Positions 8,167 to 21,140 of a stretch of 64,000 nt of DNA are shown one piece after another. Source of the stretch: Diplonema japonicum (Eukaryota > Protista > Euglenozoa: Diplonemea). The position numbers and the translations under genes are program-made. The stretch spans positions 1-64,000 of the forward strand of contig OZ025670.1 of NCBI GenBank assembly GCA_964019335.1. The letters run 5' to 3'. The notes beneath the pieces are model-generated. The model made no database searches. It saw only the letters and a program-made list of their open reading frames with translations, and had not been told where the DNA came from. Positions within the stretch are counted from its first letter, which is position 1. Each line of letters opens with the position of its first letter.

Positions 8167-10291
8167 ATGGCTGAAGTCGATGAGCTGATCTTGTTGCAAT
8201 TGAAGGGTATTGAAGTAGATCTGGGTACTGCAAGGAGCGTCAGTGATTTTGATGCAGGGATGTTTTATAAATCTGCGTTCAAGTGCTGTGGTCTGATTTC
8301 TAGGGAGCTGGTTCAAGGCAAACCGGGAAGCCTCCCAACTGGTATGAGTCAGAGGTTCAAGTCAACTTCTGACTTAGCATCAGCTGTCATTAGTGCAGGC
8401 TACGGTGGAGAGCTTACTTTCAATCAGTTCATGTACCCAAACCCTGCTGAAATGCGAAGCGTCCTGTCCTGGCTGTGCCAGAACCTCCCTTCTAAGGATC
8501 AAGGGTCAGGACAGAAGATGGGTGAAACAGGGTCAGGTGGTGCAGACATTGCTGCTCAAGTATGGGAGTACCTTGAGAACAGCAGCACAATCTACGAACG
8601 GAATCAGGCTGATCGAGAAAGTGCATACAAATTCGTTTGGCCGCCTCTTAGAGGGGAGTATCCCCCTGCCAAAGTGCACCTGAAGGCACAGCCATCTGTG
8701 CTTCACCCCTTCGCCACTCCTGTGTCCGACGCAGAGGCCGAATGGTGCTCAAAGAATCTTTTGTTCACATCGCACCAGGTCTTCAACAGGCACGACTTGT
8801 ATGCATCTGTTGTTGCCTTCAACGGTACTGCTCTCGCGAAGGAAAAACAAGAAGAGCTTGAGTGGGAGACCACTGGGAAGCACACAGGCTTGTCAAAGAA
8901 GGAGTATAAGAAAAAAAAAAGAGAGGCAATGGGCGCAAAGCTTACTGCATCGTCTACTTGCTCAGCAAGGTATCTAATTTATTAACTGCCTCACCGCCAC
9001 AGGTACGAAGGAAAGTACGAAGTCAGCAAGGATGCAGCAGGAACCGACAGCCTTGTTACAAAAGGAGCCAAATCGAGGTTTATGAAGGAAAAGGAATTCG
9101 GTACCGAAGCGGTAGTGAATGATCAGCTAACTGAGTTGACTGAAAACGAGTATGTGTGAAGTCCTAATCCTAACCCAACAGGGAGACGCAACTCGCAGCT
9201 GCACAGACACAGCACGAGCTGCTTAAAGAGCAGAAGAAGAATGAAGAAAAAACGATAAGAAAACAGCTCAAGCAAGCATCATCAACCATCCAGCAGTTGC
9301 TGGAAGAGTCACTTGTTGCTGAGCAGGAGCTGAAGCGTCTTAAAGAAGTTAAAGACAGCGACGCGGGTAAGATCATCGAAGTATGTAACAGAACTCCACA
9401 TTTCATCAATGCAATCATACAGCTTACAGAGGACGGTGATGCTCTTGAGGAGATGTTCAACATCTACCAGAACGCGTTGGAGCTATGCGACGATCCTCAG
9501 AACAACGAGAAGCTACAGGCCCAGATCGATCAGGCTGTGGCAGATTATGAAGCTCTTGAGAAGGAGTATGGTAATAAAAATAATTCACTACCACCCAGCT
9601 GGAAGGCGAAAGATAAGAAAATGAAGGCCAAGTACGAGACTCTAAAGGCAGAATTCGAAAGAGTCAACGGGAAGCTACAAGGATTGTACGATGAAATCGA
9701 CGACACTAAACTCCAGATGAAGGAGCTGAGAGTCGCGTCCAAAAAGAAGGAAGAGCAGATGCGGCAGATGGAAGTAGAGCTCGAGAAGCTCCCGAAGGTA
9801 TAATCCACAACTCAACCACCAAGCAACGACAGGATGTGGGCCGCGAGCACTACTTGCAAAGGATATTGGACATCATCAAGAACATTGGGAAGCAGCAAGA
9901 CGAAGTCGAGAAGATATCCGACCAGTCGAAAGAGAAAATGATCGAGATTGTGGAGATGGAGGAAGGCCTCACCAAGGCGTTCCAGGTGGTTGACGAGAAG
10001 TGTTACAACGAAGTGAAGCAGGACGCATCCAACAAATATGGACGAGCAGTTTACAGGCAGCTGATTGCTCTGCGTGAAGCCTTCGATGGGCTCATCCGCA
10101 ACGTGGAACAGCAAGGCGAAACAAAGCAGTCTATTTATGAATACGAAGAGAAAATAGACAAACAGAAGAACAGAAATGAAGGGCTCGACACGGAACAAGT
10201 CAGCACTGACTTGACAAGTATTAAATCAGAGAACGAAACGGCAGCCAGCCAATTGAAAGAGCTGCGTGCTAAGCTGAAAGCTTTGGCTTGA
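8167..10291 (+). CDS. CCDC22: CCDC22 (CCC/Commander complex subunit), ~674 aa, 4 exons
   Basis: N-terminus MAEVDELILLQLKGI..LPTGMSQRFKSTSDLA..GYGGELTFNQFMYP; C-terminus DVGREHYLQRILDIIKNIGKQ. Introns 8970-9002, 9150-9181 and 9798-9832 give a continuous frame. Confidence 0.88.
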
Positions 10292-10454
10292 GTATTTGAA
10301 AAACAAATATGCAGTGGCTTGTTGTTTGCACTCGCGTGATGTTGATGTTGATGTTGTGACTACACCGCAACCCAGCCGTGCACTTGTACTGTTGGTTCTT
10401 TCCCTTTTTTGCATTTTATTCTGTTCAGTTTGCTTTTTACAAAAGGTCTTTAAA

Positions 10455-11372
10455 ATGGAAAAGACACGTGACCTTCCTTGCAAAGTGAAGTACACGCTCT
10501 ACGAAGAGCACAGCCGGAAGACCAACATTAACACAGCAAAATTCAACGGAGATGGCAAGTATATTGTGAGCGGCGGTGGAGATAAATCCTTAAGGTTGTG
10601 GGATACTGAAAGCGGGACACTAGTGAAGACATACAAGGGTCATACACACGAGATCGTGGACGCTGTTTTCAACACCGGTAACGATCAGTTGGCGAGTTGT
10701 GGTGGTGAGAAGGGTATCAATGTGTGGGACATCGCTGCATCTGATATTCCTGTGCGGAAGTTGAGAGGCCACCAGGACAGGGTGAGTTGTGTCGCCTATT
10801 CGCAAAACAATGATGTGCTGTGCAGCGGGAGCCATGACGCGACGCTGAAGATATGGGATATGCGTGCCAACAAATCATCAGACGCCATGCAAACTCTCAC
10901 AGCAGCGCGTGATAGCGTGACAAGTCTGTTTATTCAAGACACTCAGATCGTTTCATGTTCGACAGATGGGAACTTGCGTGTCTACGACGTGCGCACGGGG
11001 ACTCTTACAACAGATTGTGTAGGTGTGCCCTTGTCGTCGGTTTGCATGTCATCGTCGGGCATGCTCCTTGTTTCCTCTCTTGATAGCACTATCAGATTAC
11101 TGGACCAGCAGTCTGGAGAGCTCCTCAACACATTCAAAGGTCACAAACACAAGACACACCTGATCCGCTCACGATTCACACCTGACGAGGCATATGTGGT
11201 CTCCGGAACAGAGAATTCTGCCATCTTATTCTGGGATGTCGTAACTGGAAAAATTGTTCATTCTTTAACCCACTCAGCCGACACTTGTATGACGCCCTGT
11301 GTGGATTACCACCCAACGAATAGATGTATGGTCTCTGCGGGGACAGATGGCACAGTAAAGATTTTTACATAA
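10455..11372 (+). CDS. WDR83: WD40-repeat protein, WDR83/MORG1-like, 305 aa
   Basis: Seven WD40 repeats; FNGDGKYIVSGGGDKSLRLW, LVKTYKGH, AMQTLTAARDSVTS, GELLNTFKGH. Confidence 0.8.
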   Translation: MEKTRDLPCKVKYTLYEEHSRKTNINTAKFNGDGKYIVSGGGDKSLRLWDTESGTLVKTYKGHTHEIVDAVFNTGNDQLASCGGEKGINVWDIAASDIPVRKLRGHQDRVSCVAYSQNNDVLCSGSHDATLKIWDMRANKSSDAMQTLTAARDSVTSLFIQDTQIVSCSTDGNLRVYDVRTGTLTTDCVGVPLSSVCMSSSGMLLVSSLDSTIRLLDQQSGELLNTFKGHKHKTHLIRSRFTPDEAYVVSGTENSAILFWDVVTGKIVHSLTHSADTCMTPCVDYHPTNRCMVSAGTDGTVKIFT

Positions 11373-11431
11373 TGGCGTTTGCACTTTCCCCTTCTGGTCC
11401 ATCCTTATCATAGGTAGGGAAAGACAAAAAA

Positions 11432-11792
11432 ATGGCACTTCGCGCTTCGAGGCCTCTAATGAAGGCGTTTGGTCCGTGGGACACCAGAATGTTCGGTATG
11501 TCACTTTACGTTGTTCACACTGCACTACTCAGGTGACATGATGAGACCATACAACTGGTACGAAATGCGTGACGGTTACATGGCCCACTCAATTGTTGGG
11601 TTCGCAGAGGACCACCAGGGGAACAACATGCTCCCGGCGAAGTCTAACTGGGTCAGGTTCAAGAGGGGTTACGGGATGTTTCTCTTCTTCTGGTTGTTAG
11701 GCTGGTCTGAGTACATTTGCCACATGGGTCACAAGACCCCTGGCTGCCCCTGGTCCACCCACTACGACCCCAGCCGCGAGAGGGCTTTCTAG
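11432..11792 (+). CDS. Small single-TM protein with a mitochondrial-type presequence, 107 aa, 2 exons
   Basis: MALRASRPLMKAFGPWDTRMFG joined by intron 11496-11532 (GTATGT..CTCAG) to DMMRPYNWY...GYGMFLFFWLLGW... Confidence 0.75.
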
Positions 11793-12219
11793 AGGCTTTG
11801 TATTTCAACATCCATGGGTCCCCTCCACACCCCCAGAGGCACGTTTCCTAGAAGGGAAACAATAGTTACAGTATTAGGGCATCACAATGAGGGATATGCA
11901 CAACCCACCAACAACTTGGCGTTCTACAACCACGGTTCCTAAGCTTACATTGTATGTGTTTCTTAGGAACACCCCCCCTCGTTTTTATGTTTTTTACCCC
12001 CCCCCAGAGTTGATATTACTGCAACACCTCTATGCAATACACCCTCCCTTGTTCACGGGTTTTACCCCCCCCCTTTTTCTTTGTCCAGCCAACCACATTT
12101 TATTTTACTGTCCCCTATTTCCCCCCCTCCCCTTTTCTTTTTCTTTTTAAAGTGTCTATTTTTGTAGCAATAGTATGCCCCACACGACTTTTAGGTATCC
12201 AACCCTTTGAACTAACATA

Positions 12220-12781
12220 ATGTCCGGTAAAGAGTGCTACATCTGTGGTTCGGCTGACCACCTGAAGTCAAGGTGCCCTGATTCCACAGGCAGCAGGGGC
12301 GGTAAGAAGCCCAGCCGTGGTGGTAGGGGTGGTGGTGGTGGTGGACGTGGTGGTGGTGGTGGTGGTGCCGCTGCTGCCTCTGAGAAGTCGTGCCACAACT
12401 GCGGCAAGGTTGGTCACCTTAAGAGGAACTGCCCCGAGGACGGCGACAAGAAGGAGGTATGCGCTTAACTTCAGAATAATAACATTACCAAAGGAGCGCG
12501 CGTTCAACGGCCTTTGCAACAACTGCAAAGAGTGGGGCCACATGGTATGAAATTAACAACAATCTTTCTTACTAACTTACTACTAGGCTTCAACCTGTGA
12601 AAAGGACCGTGTTTGCAACAACTGCCGCAAGCCTGGTCACTTGGTGAAGGAGTGCACCAACCCCCCGTGCTGCAATAACTGTCTCGAGGCTGGCCACATC
12701 GCCTCCGACTGCGACAACAAGCCGGTCTGCCACAAGTGCCGCAAACCCGACCACCGTGCCGCTGCTTGCCCTGAGAAATAG
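12220..12781 (+). CDS. CCHC zinc-knuckle nucleic-acid-binding protein (CNBP/UMSBP-like), 160 aa, 3 exons
   Basis: Six Cx2Cx4Hx4C knuckles plus an RGG/poly-Gly linker. Introns 12457-12493 and 12545-12586; the second contains TACTAAC. Confidence 0.9.
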
Positions 12782-13297
12782 GAACATCAACACCCTAGGC
12801 AAGGGCAATGGCAGAAATCTTTTTACCGTTTCCCCCTTTTTCTTTTATTTATTTATTACTGCCCATAAACGCGTACCACACACGCCTGCTCCCTCGAAGT
12901 TTGACAACCCATATCTCTAAAAACCGTCTAGCCAAGGGATTGCGCCAAGTGAATTCGATCCCAAACACCATGCCCCCCCCATTTTTTTTTCTCAGTCAGC
13001 TACGACCTAGTAAAACCGGAAAAAGTCACCAGAGCAACGTAAAAAAAAAAAACCTTGAGTCATATTAAGGGTGCTTGATGGGTTTTAGAGATATGGGTAG
13101 TAATTTTTTTTTGGAATACAAACATAAAGAACAAATGCGAAGAAAGAAGAAAAAAAAAAGTAAAGAGGAGGGAGAGCAACATCCAGAGATAATGTAAAGT
13201 AACAAACAGCAACAAATAAACCTTGGGTGCTGCCTTTACGGGGGCTTCATCTTGCAAATAAAACGAAAAAGCAACGACATTCTTTTTTTAAAAATTC

Positions 13298-13339
<42 letters not shown>

Positions 13340-14006
13340 CGAGTTAACCAGAAAGGCGTCCGTCGGTAGCACCGACCATGGTCATCATGGTTGGCTGCAG
13401 GCGTTACTCATCGTCGTAACAGGTCTTTCAAGGATGTTTCTCACCTCGATGTGGCTATAATGCATTTCTCTCCCCTCCTTCCTACCCCAATTTCCACTCT
13501 TCATCCCTTCTGGCCCCTCCTGTTGCTGCAAGTGCTGCACGTACTCCCTCACAAAGACTCGCAGTTTGCACTTCGTGCCTTCGCGCTTTAAACACGTGAA
13601 GAAAATTGGTGCCTGGCTGCTCATGAGCAGCACTTGTGTTATACGGCTCGAGTGGTCAGGCCTCGCTTTATTTAAATTTATTTTGTCGGGAAGTGTTATT
13701 AGCTTTTTATCCACTACAAGTGCCCCTGCCCCTGCCCACCCCTTTCCAACCCTTGGAAGAGCGCAATTTTTTCTTTTTTAGGCGACAAGGCCTAAACGAG
13801 AAGAGTTGGGACCAAGACAATACCATGGTGCCGCGACAGAGGCCTTTGTGCTGTATAAGTGAAGGGAATACATGATAGTTTAGTTCCAGGAAGTACTTTC
13901 TCTTGATCCCTTGTCTCTTTAGTCACGCCCCGAATACCGCTCTTGTTCTTCTCCCCTTTTAAGTTACATTCTAGTTTCATTTTCCTCATCCACACTCTTG
14001 CAGGCA

Positions 14007-14786
14007 ATGTATTGCCTCTCGGGCACACCATCTGCAGTAGCAGACAGGCTGAAGGCGCAGCTGCAAGAAGAACTTGAATCGACTAGGGCTAGTGTGAGAG
14101 GTTTGCAGAGGAAGTTGGACAGAGAGGCTCCTGAGTATGAGCCTGCTGAGATGTTTGGGAGCCCGTTGTGGTTCAAGAAGCTGGATCCTGACAACACCCA
14201 CCTAGCCAGCTCTCTTCGGGTACGAAGTGTGCAACATGAACCTGGCTTGAACGAGAAATGTGAAAAAGAAGAAGTGACCGCGCCAAAGAGGAAAGTGAGG
14301 CGGGACCACTATCGAAACAGCATCGAGTGGAACCAGTCAACATACATCGAGCCTTGCAAGCACAAAGAGCTGTCTGCAAAGACACCACTGCCTAGCTACG
14401 GAGGTACTCGGGCGAAGTCTACCTTCTTTTATGAAAAATACAACCACAAGACCTACACAGAGGAAAACGAAGCATATCGCATGGCTCACTCTGAGATGGC
14501 CCACTCAGGTGCACTCCCCTCAAAGAGGGACTTCATCCAAGACACCCTCCACACGAAATACAATATCCCCGTTTTCGGCACCGTCTCCGATGCCCCACCA
14601 AGAAGCTTCCATCCACCGCCGCAACAAATGTATGATCCTCGCGAGTGTGAGCTACTCCGCGAGGCACCAGGCCCATCCACAAAACGCCCCCCCAAAACGC
14701 AATGCTACGCAGTGATGGAGTCGCCTACACCCACTACCCCGCAGAGGAACACCTACCGCACATCCGAAGGGCTGTGGTCGTCATAA
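14007..14786 (+). CDS. Hypothetical protein, 259 aa, short N-terminal coiled coil
   Basis: Long ORF with host-like codon use; TTGCAG acceptor just before the ATG. Confidence 0.7.
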   Translation: MYCLSGTPSAVADRLKAQLQEELESTRASVRGLQRKLDREAPEYEPAEMFGSPLWFKKLDPDNTHLASSLRVRSVQHEPGLNEKCEKEEVTAPKRKVRRDHYRNSIEWNQSTYIEPCKHKELSAKTPLPSYGGTRAKSTFFYEKYNHKTYTEENEAYRMAHSEMAHSGALPSKRDFIQDTLHTKYNIPVFGTVSDAPPRSFHPPPQQMYDPRECELLREAPGPSTKRPPKTQCYAVMESPTPTTPQRNTYRTSEGLWSS

Positions 14787-14973
14787 TGTTGTTCATAATG
14801 TTGTATTAAGAGCGTCACAACCTGTAGTCTTGTAGTTATCCATAGGAGCCATGACATGTGTTTGACTCGAGTAGGTGTTACCCGAGTAGGCTCGCTGGTC
14901 AGCTTTACACTTTTTAATTTGTTGGTGTTAACGTGCAGCCTTTCAATTGCTTCAATATTAATTCACTAAAGTG

Positions 14974-15330
14974 ATGGGCATTGGTAGCAGTAAAGATGAT
15001 GTGGAGTCTGCACATCACCATTGGGAAGTGCCAATGGCAAAGCGGGGGGTGGAAGGTGTAGCTACAATAGAATCCTTCCACCTGCCGGTGGCTGATTGGC
15101 ATGGAAAGATACCGGAGACTACGACGGGAAAAGAGTTCGTGTGCAAAGGGCGGCCTTGGTCAATCAAAGAGGTTCTTGCTGATGAGCACGCGGAGGAGTG
15201 GCTCTCTTTTCTCGAATCGAGACAAACAGTGCTCGTGTGCCACCAATCTCAGACATCTTGCATAAACATACAGGCATACGTCCCAGATGCCAGCCTTGCA
15301 ATCATAGTGGAGATTGTGGTTAATACTTAG
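14974..15330 (+). CDS. Small hypothetical protein, 118 aa, possible N-myristoylation (MGIGSS)
   Basis: ORF follows an AT-rich tract and AG; MGxxxS motif; stop is 50 nt before the next ATG. Confidence 0.55.
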   Translation: MGIGSSKDDVESAHHHWEVPMAKRGVEGVATIESFHLPVADWHGKIPETTTGKEFVCKGRPWSIKEVLADEHAEEWLSFLESRQTVLVCHQSQTSCINIQAYVPDASLAIIVEIVVNT

Positions 15331-15380
15331 AGGTTTCTTACTGTGCAACATGAAATCTTTACTCAGGAGAAACATTTAAA

Positions 15381-17321
15381 ATGAGCGTACACTATGCCGA
15401 CCAGCCAACCACGGAGGAGCACATGCAGCGTGCAAGAGCTGGGAACAGGCGGACATCAATTTTCACCCGTTTCACTGATGCCCAAACAGCGAAGTTCCAC
15501 CAAATATTCCAGCAATTCGACGCTGATGGCAACGGACATATTGATGAGCACGAGCTGCACAGCATCATGCTAAGACTCGGGAGAGACCTCGAAGAGGGCG
15601 AAGCGAAGAAACTGATCGAAATGGTGGACACTGACGGGAGCGGTGTCATCTACTTCGATGAATTTATGCGGATGCTCGAGATGCAGATAGACGAGCAAAA
15701 GAAGCGCATTTTCAACAAAGACGTCTTCCGCAGTGTCTTCAACAAGAGTGGCAGTGGCCTCATGACACGTGACGAGCTCCGCACAGGGATGCTGTCACTG
15801 GGCTTCCGTATGGAGGACGACGAGATCGACGAGATGATAGCTGTTGCTGACCGTACAGGCAAAGGAATGCTTAGCTTTGAGGACTTCAATCGAATGTTGA
15901 GAGGAGCCACCCAAGGCAGGAGGGCCTCCATGGTTGTCATGGAGTGCTGGAAGAAGGTTTTCGATGAAGCACCTAAGGTCGCGGAGAAGTACTCTATGGT
16001 CAACAGATGTGCGAAGCCGATGAGGGACTTCAGGCATTCATCTCACTTTCAGGAAGGCAAAACTAAGACTCTCACCACAGATAATTCACGTGCCCTGCAA
16101 CCGGCCATCGATGGCAGTGGACAGAATGATACCATCGAAGTCCAGGCAGGTGTTCTCACAGAACCCATTGTGGTCAATATCGAAGGCATGACGCTGCGTG
16201 GTGCTACAGAGGGCAAGACTGTAATCGAGGTCAACTCGAAATACCCGGCACTCACATTGAGGTGCAAGAGATGCTTTATTGAGAATCTCGAGATCATCAA
16301 CCATGGGGCCGGTCCTGCAGTTCAGGTGGACCAAGGCTTCCCGGATCTTACTAACTTGGTAATAACAGGACAGAACGGTGGGCTGCTCGTAAAGAACAGG
16401 TCTCATCCGTTGGTAAAGAACTGTGTTTTTAAAGATTCTGGCCGCGCTTGGGGGATGCTAATGCGAGAAAGCAAGGCAATTATTGAGGGTTGCACGTTCA
16501 CTGGGAATAGCGACGGGGGTCTTGTTGTTGAAAGGTCGTCATCACCCTGGATTTGCAAGTCCACATTCACCAAAGGCAAAGGCTGCGGCTGTGTATTCGA
16601 TGAAACTGCATCGGGCGTCATTTGTGAGTCCCTCATCGCGGAGAACGGATGCAATGGAGTGCTTGTCACGAATGGTGCAAACCCTATCTTATGGAAAAAT
16701 GAGATCAGGGATGGCGAGGCTGCTGGAATAGCTGTACGTGAAGGTGGCAGGGGGCACTATGAGGAGAACCTGTTCTGCAACAATGCATCGTCAGAGTTGG
16801 AGGTGCTATCGAAAGCGAATCCCCTGTTTAGGAAGAACACACTCAGCGGTGGAGAAGGATCTGCAATCTTAATTGAAGACGGCGGTCAGGGGAGTTATGA
16901 AGTGAATACAATCAACAACTATAAACTGGCTGGCGTGTCGATTGGGAAGGATGCTAGCCCTCAAGTCGTGGATAACATGATTCATTCTCACGCTGACATC
17001 CTCGGCACGTGTGGGGTCGCTGTTAAGGAAGAAGCTTCTGGTAGAGTCATCGACAACACGCTAATAGGTTGGGAGCCACACCGCACTGGCGGCTCAAGAC
17101 AGGTGTGTCGTGACACTATAGCATATAACCACAGTCCCTGTCCACGGGAATGGCAATACACATCGGTGGGAAGCACTCTTGTGAGGTGTTAGACAACATT
17201 GCAAGGTATTCGTTTTGCGTATCTTCACAATCACAGAGTAACCGAACAAGAGGCGCATGCCGAGAAGTTAGTTCACACAATGGGCCGTCATCGATTGAAG
17301 AAGCACTCGTTCGTAAATTAG
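15381..17321 (+). CDS. Calmodulin-like EF-hand plus right-handed parallel beta-helix protein, ~625 aa
   Basis: EF loops DADGNGHIDEHE, DTDGSGVIYFDE, NKSGSGLMTRDE, DRTGKGMLSFED, then beta-helix repeats (GVLVTNGANPILWKNEIRDG). Introns 17103-17134 and 17206-17236. Confidence 0.85.
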
Positions 17322-17806
17322 CCACATATTTCTCCACTCGTAAAAAAAAAAACAAAAATCATCTCCTTCATTTTCCTGCTGTGTCTGACGCTTGCATGGA
17401 GTCAGACAAGAATGTCAGTACGGCCAAAAAAATTTTTTTCCCCCTCTCTCCTTGGAAGGAACGAAAAGCTCCTCCTGAAGTAGAATGGCAAGCGAGTTCT
17501 GAGAAGCAACTTTGGAGATCATGGACTGACCCACTGCAGTTCAGGTCAAGTAGTCCAATTAGGCACTGCTTTATGAACAAGCCACAATGTAATAAGTAAA
17601 GAAAACAAATTCTAATAAAATTATCGACCACTGGAGCTGGCATTGTGAACTCGAAGCAGACTGCGGAGTTTCCCAATGGACCAGACGAAGAGCATTTCTA
17701 TGCAACTCCAGCTTCTTTCCAAATTCAACTCTGTTATTCATTCTTGAACATATTTTGCAAAACTCTCATAGGATCAAAGGGTGATGAGAAGAATATCACA
17801 CACGAT

Positions 17807-20800
17807 ATGAAAGGCGCATGGACAAACGGCTCGTTTACTGATGTTCCCGGTGCAGATGACGAGGAGACAAAGCCCGAGGAAGCTGAGGAGGAAGAGAATG
17901 AGAAGAGCGAGTCCGACGAGGTGCCTGACATGAAGCCAAACAACGCATCCATCAAGGCGCCCAACGGGAACGTTGATCGATTTCTAACAGCTGGCTCGCT
18001 GCCTGCCGGTGATGCCCTGGGACACAGTGTTTTTGCTACTACCTCAATGTCCTGCCCCACAACACCCCCTTTTGGCTGGTCCTCCGCTCCCAGGAACGCC
18101 AGCACAAATATGGCTCCACACGCCCAAAGGCCACCCGTAATTTCTCCTGTTTTTGCAGCAAGTCGTCCCCCACTTTCCCCAGCCATGCGGGCCAGGGCCA
18201 ACGCTTGCGCCCCCGTGCACTCTACACCAAACCAACCACCTTCACGACCACCTTCCCTGCAGTCGTCTACAACAAACACACCTGTGCGCAGCAAGCAGCA
18301 CGAGGATACCCCCGCCACACCTCAAACCCCTGGGTCTACGACGAGTAAGCACTCCCCTATGGTGCGTCCCACAAATAAACGGTTTGATGGTTATGGTGAT
18401 TTTGAAAAAAAGCATGTCGCGAGAGGTTTTGGAGGAGCCTACAAGAACAGAAGGGCGAAGATACATTGGCTCGACGGGGAAAAGGTGCACAAGAACATCA
18501 CTTGCTCAATGGTGCTGAACTCAATGAAACTACCTATTCAGATCAAGTTTCTTGTCTCGAATTACAGAATCGGACTGAAACTGCTCGACACTCTCCTCCC
18601 GCGGGCTGTTTCTATCCCGCTGTGCTACATTGAGAAGGTGAGATATAAGGCAAAAGGTCAAAACGACTCGAAAACGAGTCTCAGAGCAGCACTAACAGAA
18701 GAAGAAAGATCGAGATCACCGAGCCCATCCGGACTGCAGGCAGGCGGGAGCACTACCTTCACTAGTGAGGATTTCGATGTTAGTGAGGCCGCTAACACCA
18801 GCAATCAAAGCATGGCTGGTACAGAGCAAACTGCATTCATGCAGTCCTCGAGCACGCTTGTTGATGATCTGGAGAGAGAAGCACGCGATGCACAACGTGA
18901 AAGAGAGCAGAACCGACCGAGAATGAGTGGGCAGGAAGGGATCCTCGAGATCCAGACAAAAGGCGTGCCTTGCTACAACATTAACATGAAAACAGAGGAT
19001 ATTGTTGCGGTGCGTAAGCTACTCCACTCACTTACGTCTAACAGCACACGGAAACCACCTTTCTGTGCTGTCTATCAAGAAAACTACAAAGGAAGTGCGC
19101 AACGGGATAAATGCGAAGAAGTCCCTATTGCTTTGGGGGAATTTGAAAGAATGACAAGAGGCACCCCGCCACACGTGGCAACACATTGGCAAGTATTTGT
19201 GAACCATGATTACATGGTCCCTACATATCCCAAGGTGTGCATTGTGCCGGCAGCAGCATCTTCAAAGCTCGTCGAAAATGTCATCAACTTCCGAACAAAA
19301 TCCAGGTTCCCAATTGTGTCCTGGATCCATCCTGAGACTGGGACAGCGATCTGTAGGAGCAGCCAGCCAAAGGTTGGGTTCGGTGGGAAGCGGTCCCTCC
19401 ATGACGAGAAGTACATCAGTTTGCTCGGGAAGCCAAGGGCACTCGATGCTGACAAAGACACTGAGGAAGAGGCGACAACAGTCGTAATCTTGGACTGCAG
19501 ACCATTTGCCAATGCCGTTGCCAACCGATCACGGGCTGGCGGCTATGAGGACGAGAAGAACTACCCAGGCTGCACTTATGAGAATGCTGATATTGGCAAC
19601 ATCCATGACATCACAAACTCCCTGAAACTCTTGCGAAAGTTAGCTGAAATGCCCCCAAACCAATTGGTTGGCCAATGGGCACCCGCAATACACAACACGG
19701 GATGGCTGAGACACATAGAAAAAATACTGCTTGCTGCAATCCGCACATTGCAATATATGGATTCTGGTTGCTCTGTGCTCGTACACTGCTCCGATGGGTG
19801 GGATCGCACGTCGCAGGTCGTGGCGCTCGCAAAGCTGCTTGTTGACCCCTTCTACCGCACCTTTGAGGGCTTTCAAGTCCTCATCCAATTTGACTGGCTG
19901 GCCGCCGGCCACAAGTTTGCTGACAGAAACTTCAACATCGAAGGGTGCATGGATCGCAGTGAAACGTCGCCCATCTTCATGCAGTGGATAGATGCTGTGT
20001 GGCAGGTATGCTTCATTGCAATAATAAAACTAAGCCAACAGGTGTGGAAGCAGTACCCCACCCAGTTCGAATTCTCAGAGCAGTATCTCACGTTTATCTT
20101 GTACCACAGCCTGAGCGGCAGGTTCGCTACTTTCCTCTACAACTGCGAAAAGGAGAGAGCAGAGGCTGGCAATACTGGGATCTCGTTGTGGTCTTACCTT
20201 AACTCCCCAGAACAGCGCTACCACCGACCTGAGTTCTCAAACGTGCTGGTATATATTTGTATTTAACTAATTAATTTGCAGTACAACCCTAAAAACGTTG
20301 TTTCGATCAGGCCTGTAGGATGGCCTAAAGTGCTCCATCTGTGGGAAGATGTTCACATGAAGTTGGAGAGTGAATGGCTTGATGTATGTTCATTTTTCTT
20401 TTTTTTTTTTTGTCACGGCAATATCACAGTTATGGAACGAACCCGTGTCTGATAAATTGATGCAGATCGGAAGAGAGTTAGAGGACCATCGCTCGAAAAG
20501 ACCTAGATTTGAAGCAGCTCTGAAGAAGCGAACTGCCGGACTGAATACCTTTACAGCAGCAAAACACCTGAGTACTCTAATGGAGGTGAAAGAGGTCCAT
20601 ATCCAAATGGTGTCCCAAATATTAGAAGATGCGGTTCTGCAGCGTGTGTATGACTATATCGATGCGACGGAAGTTAGGAGAGCGCGGCAGAACAGCATGG
20701 ATGGTCAATCAACAATAGCTCTCGAAATTTATAGAGGGCAGGGCACAGCATCGGTGCTAGGACCCGGTGGCAGATGGGTTCCTGACAACATGGCACCTTG

Positions 20801-21140
20801 TTGTGCCGCATGTCTGAAACCCTTCCAATGGTGGAGGAGGAGGCATCACTGTAGGTTGTGTGGTAATGTTTTTTGCGGCACATGTAGCCAGTCCAGGCGA
20901 GCTTTGTCCGACCACCCGCAGGCTGGCACTGTCCGTGTTTGTGACGACTGTGCAGAAGTTATCACGAGAGAGACTTCGAACGCCACCCCCTACAACTCCC
21001 CCGAAAAGTATGCCACGCCATTCGATGAAACACACCACAGGATTAGCACAACGAGCCTGCCCAAAACAGCTCGGTCCATGTCTACTTCTCTCTTCCCCCC
21101 ACGCAGCCCTCTGCGTGCTCCAACAGCAAGTCCCGAGTGA
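17807..21140 (+). CDS. Myotubularin-family PI 3-phosphatase with C-terminal FYVE domain (MTMR3/4-like), ~1072 aa
   Basis: Catalytic VHCSDGWDRT, RSSQP and GHKFADR motifs; FYVE WVPD..RRRHHCRLCG..RVCDDC. Introns 20006-20041, 20249-20281 and 20384-20429. Confidence 0.92.

Noticed and set aside
13340-13900. Small gene or RNA gene in this spacer (likewise 23060-23500 and 47971-48243)
   Set aside because: No convincing ORF, splice pattern or RNA motif; no tRNA or rRNA recognised anywhere in the window.
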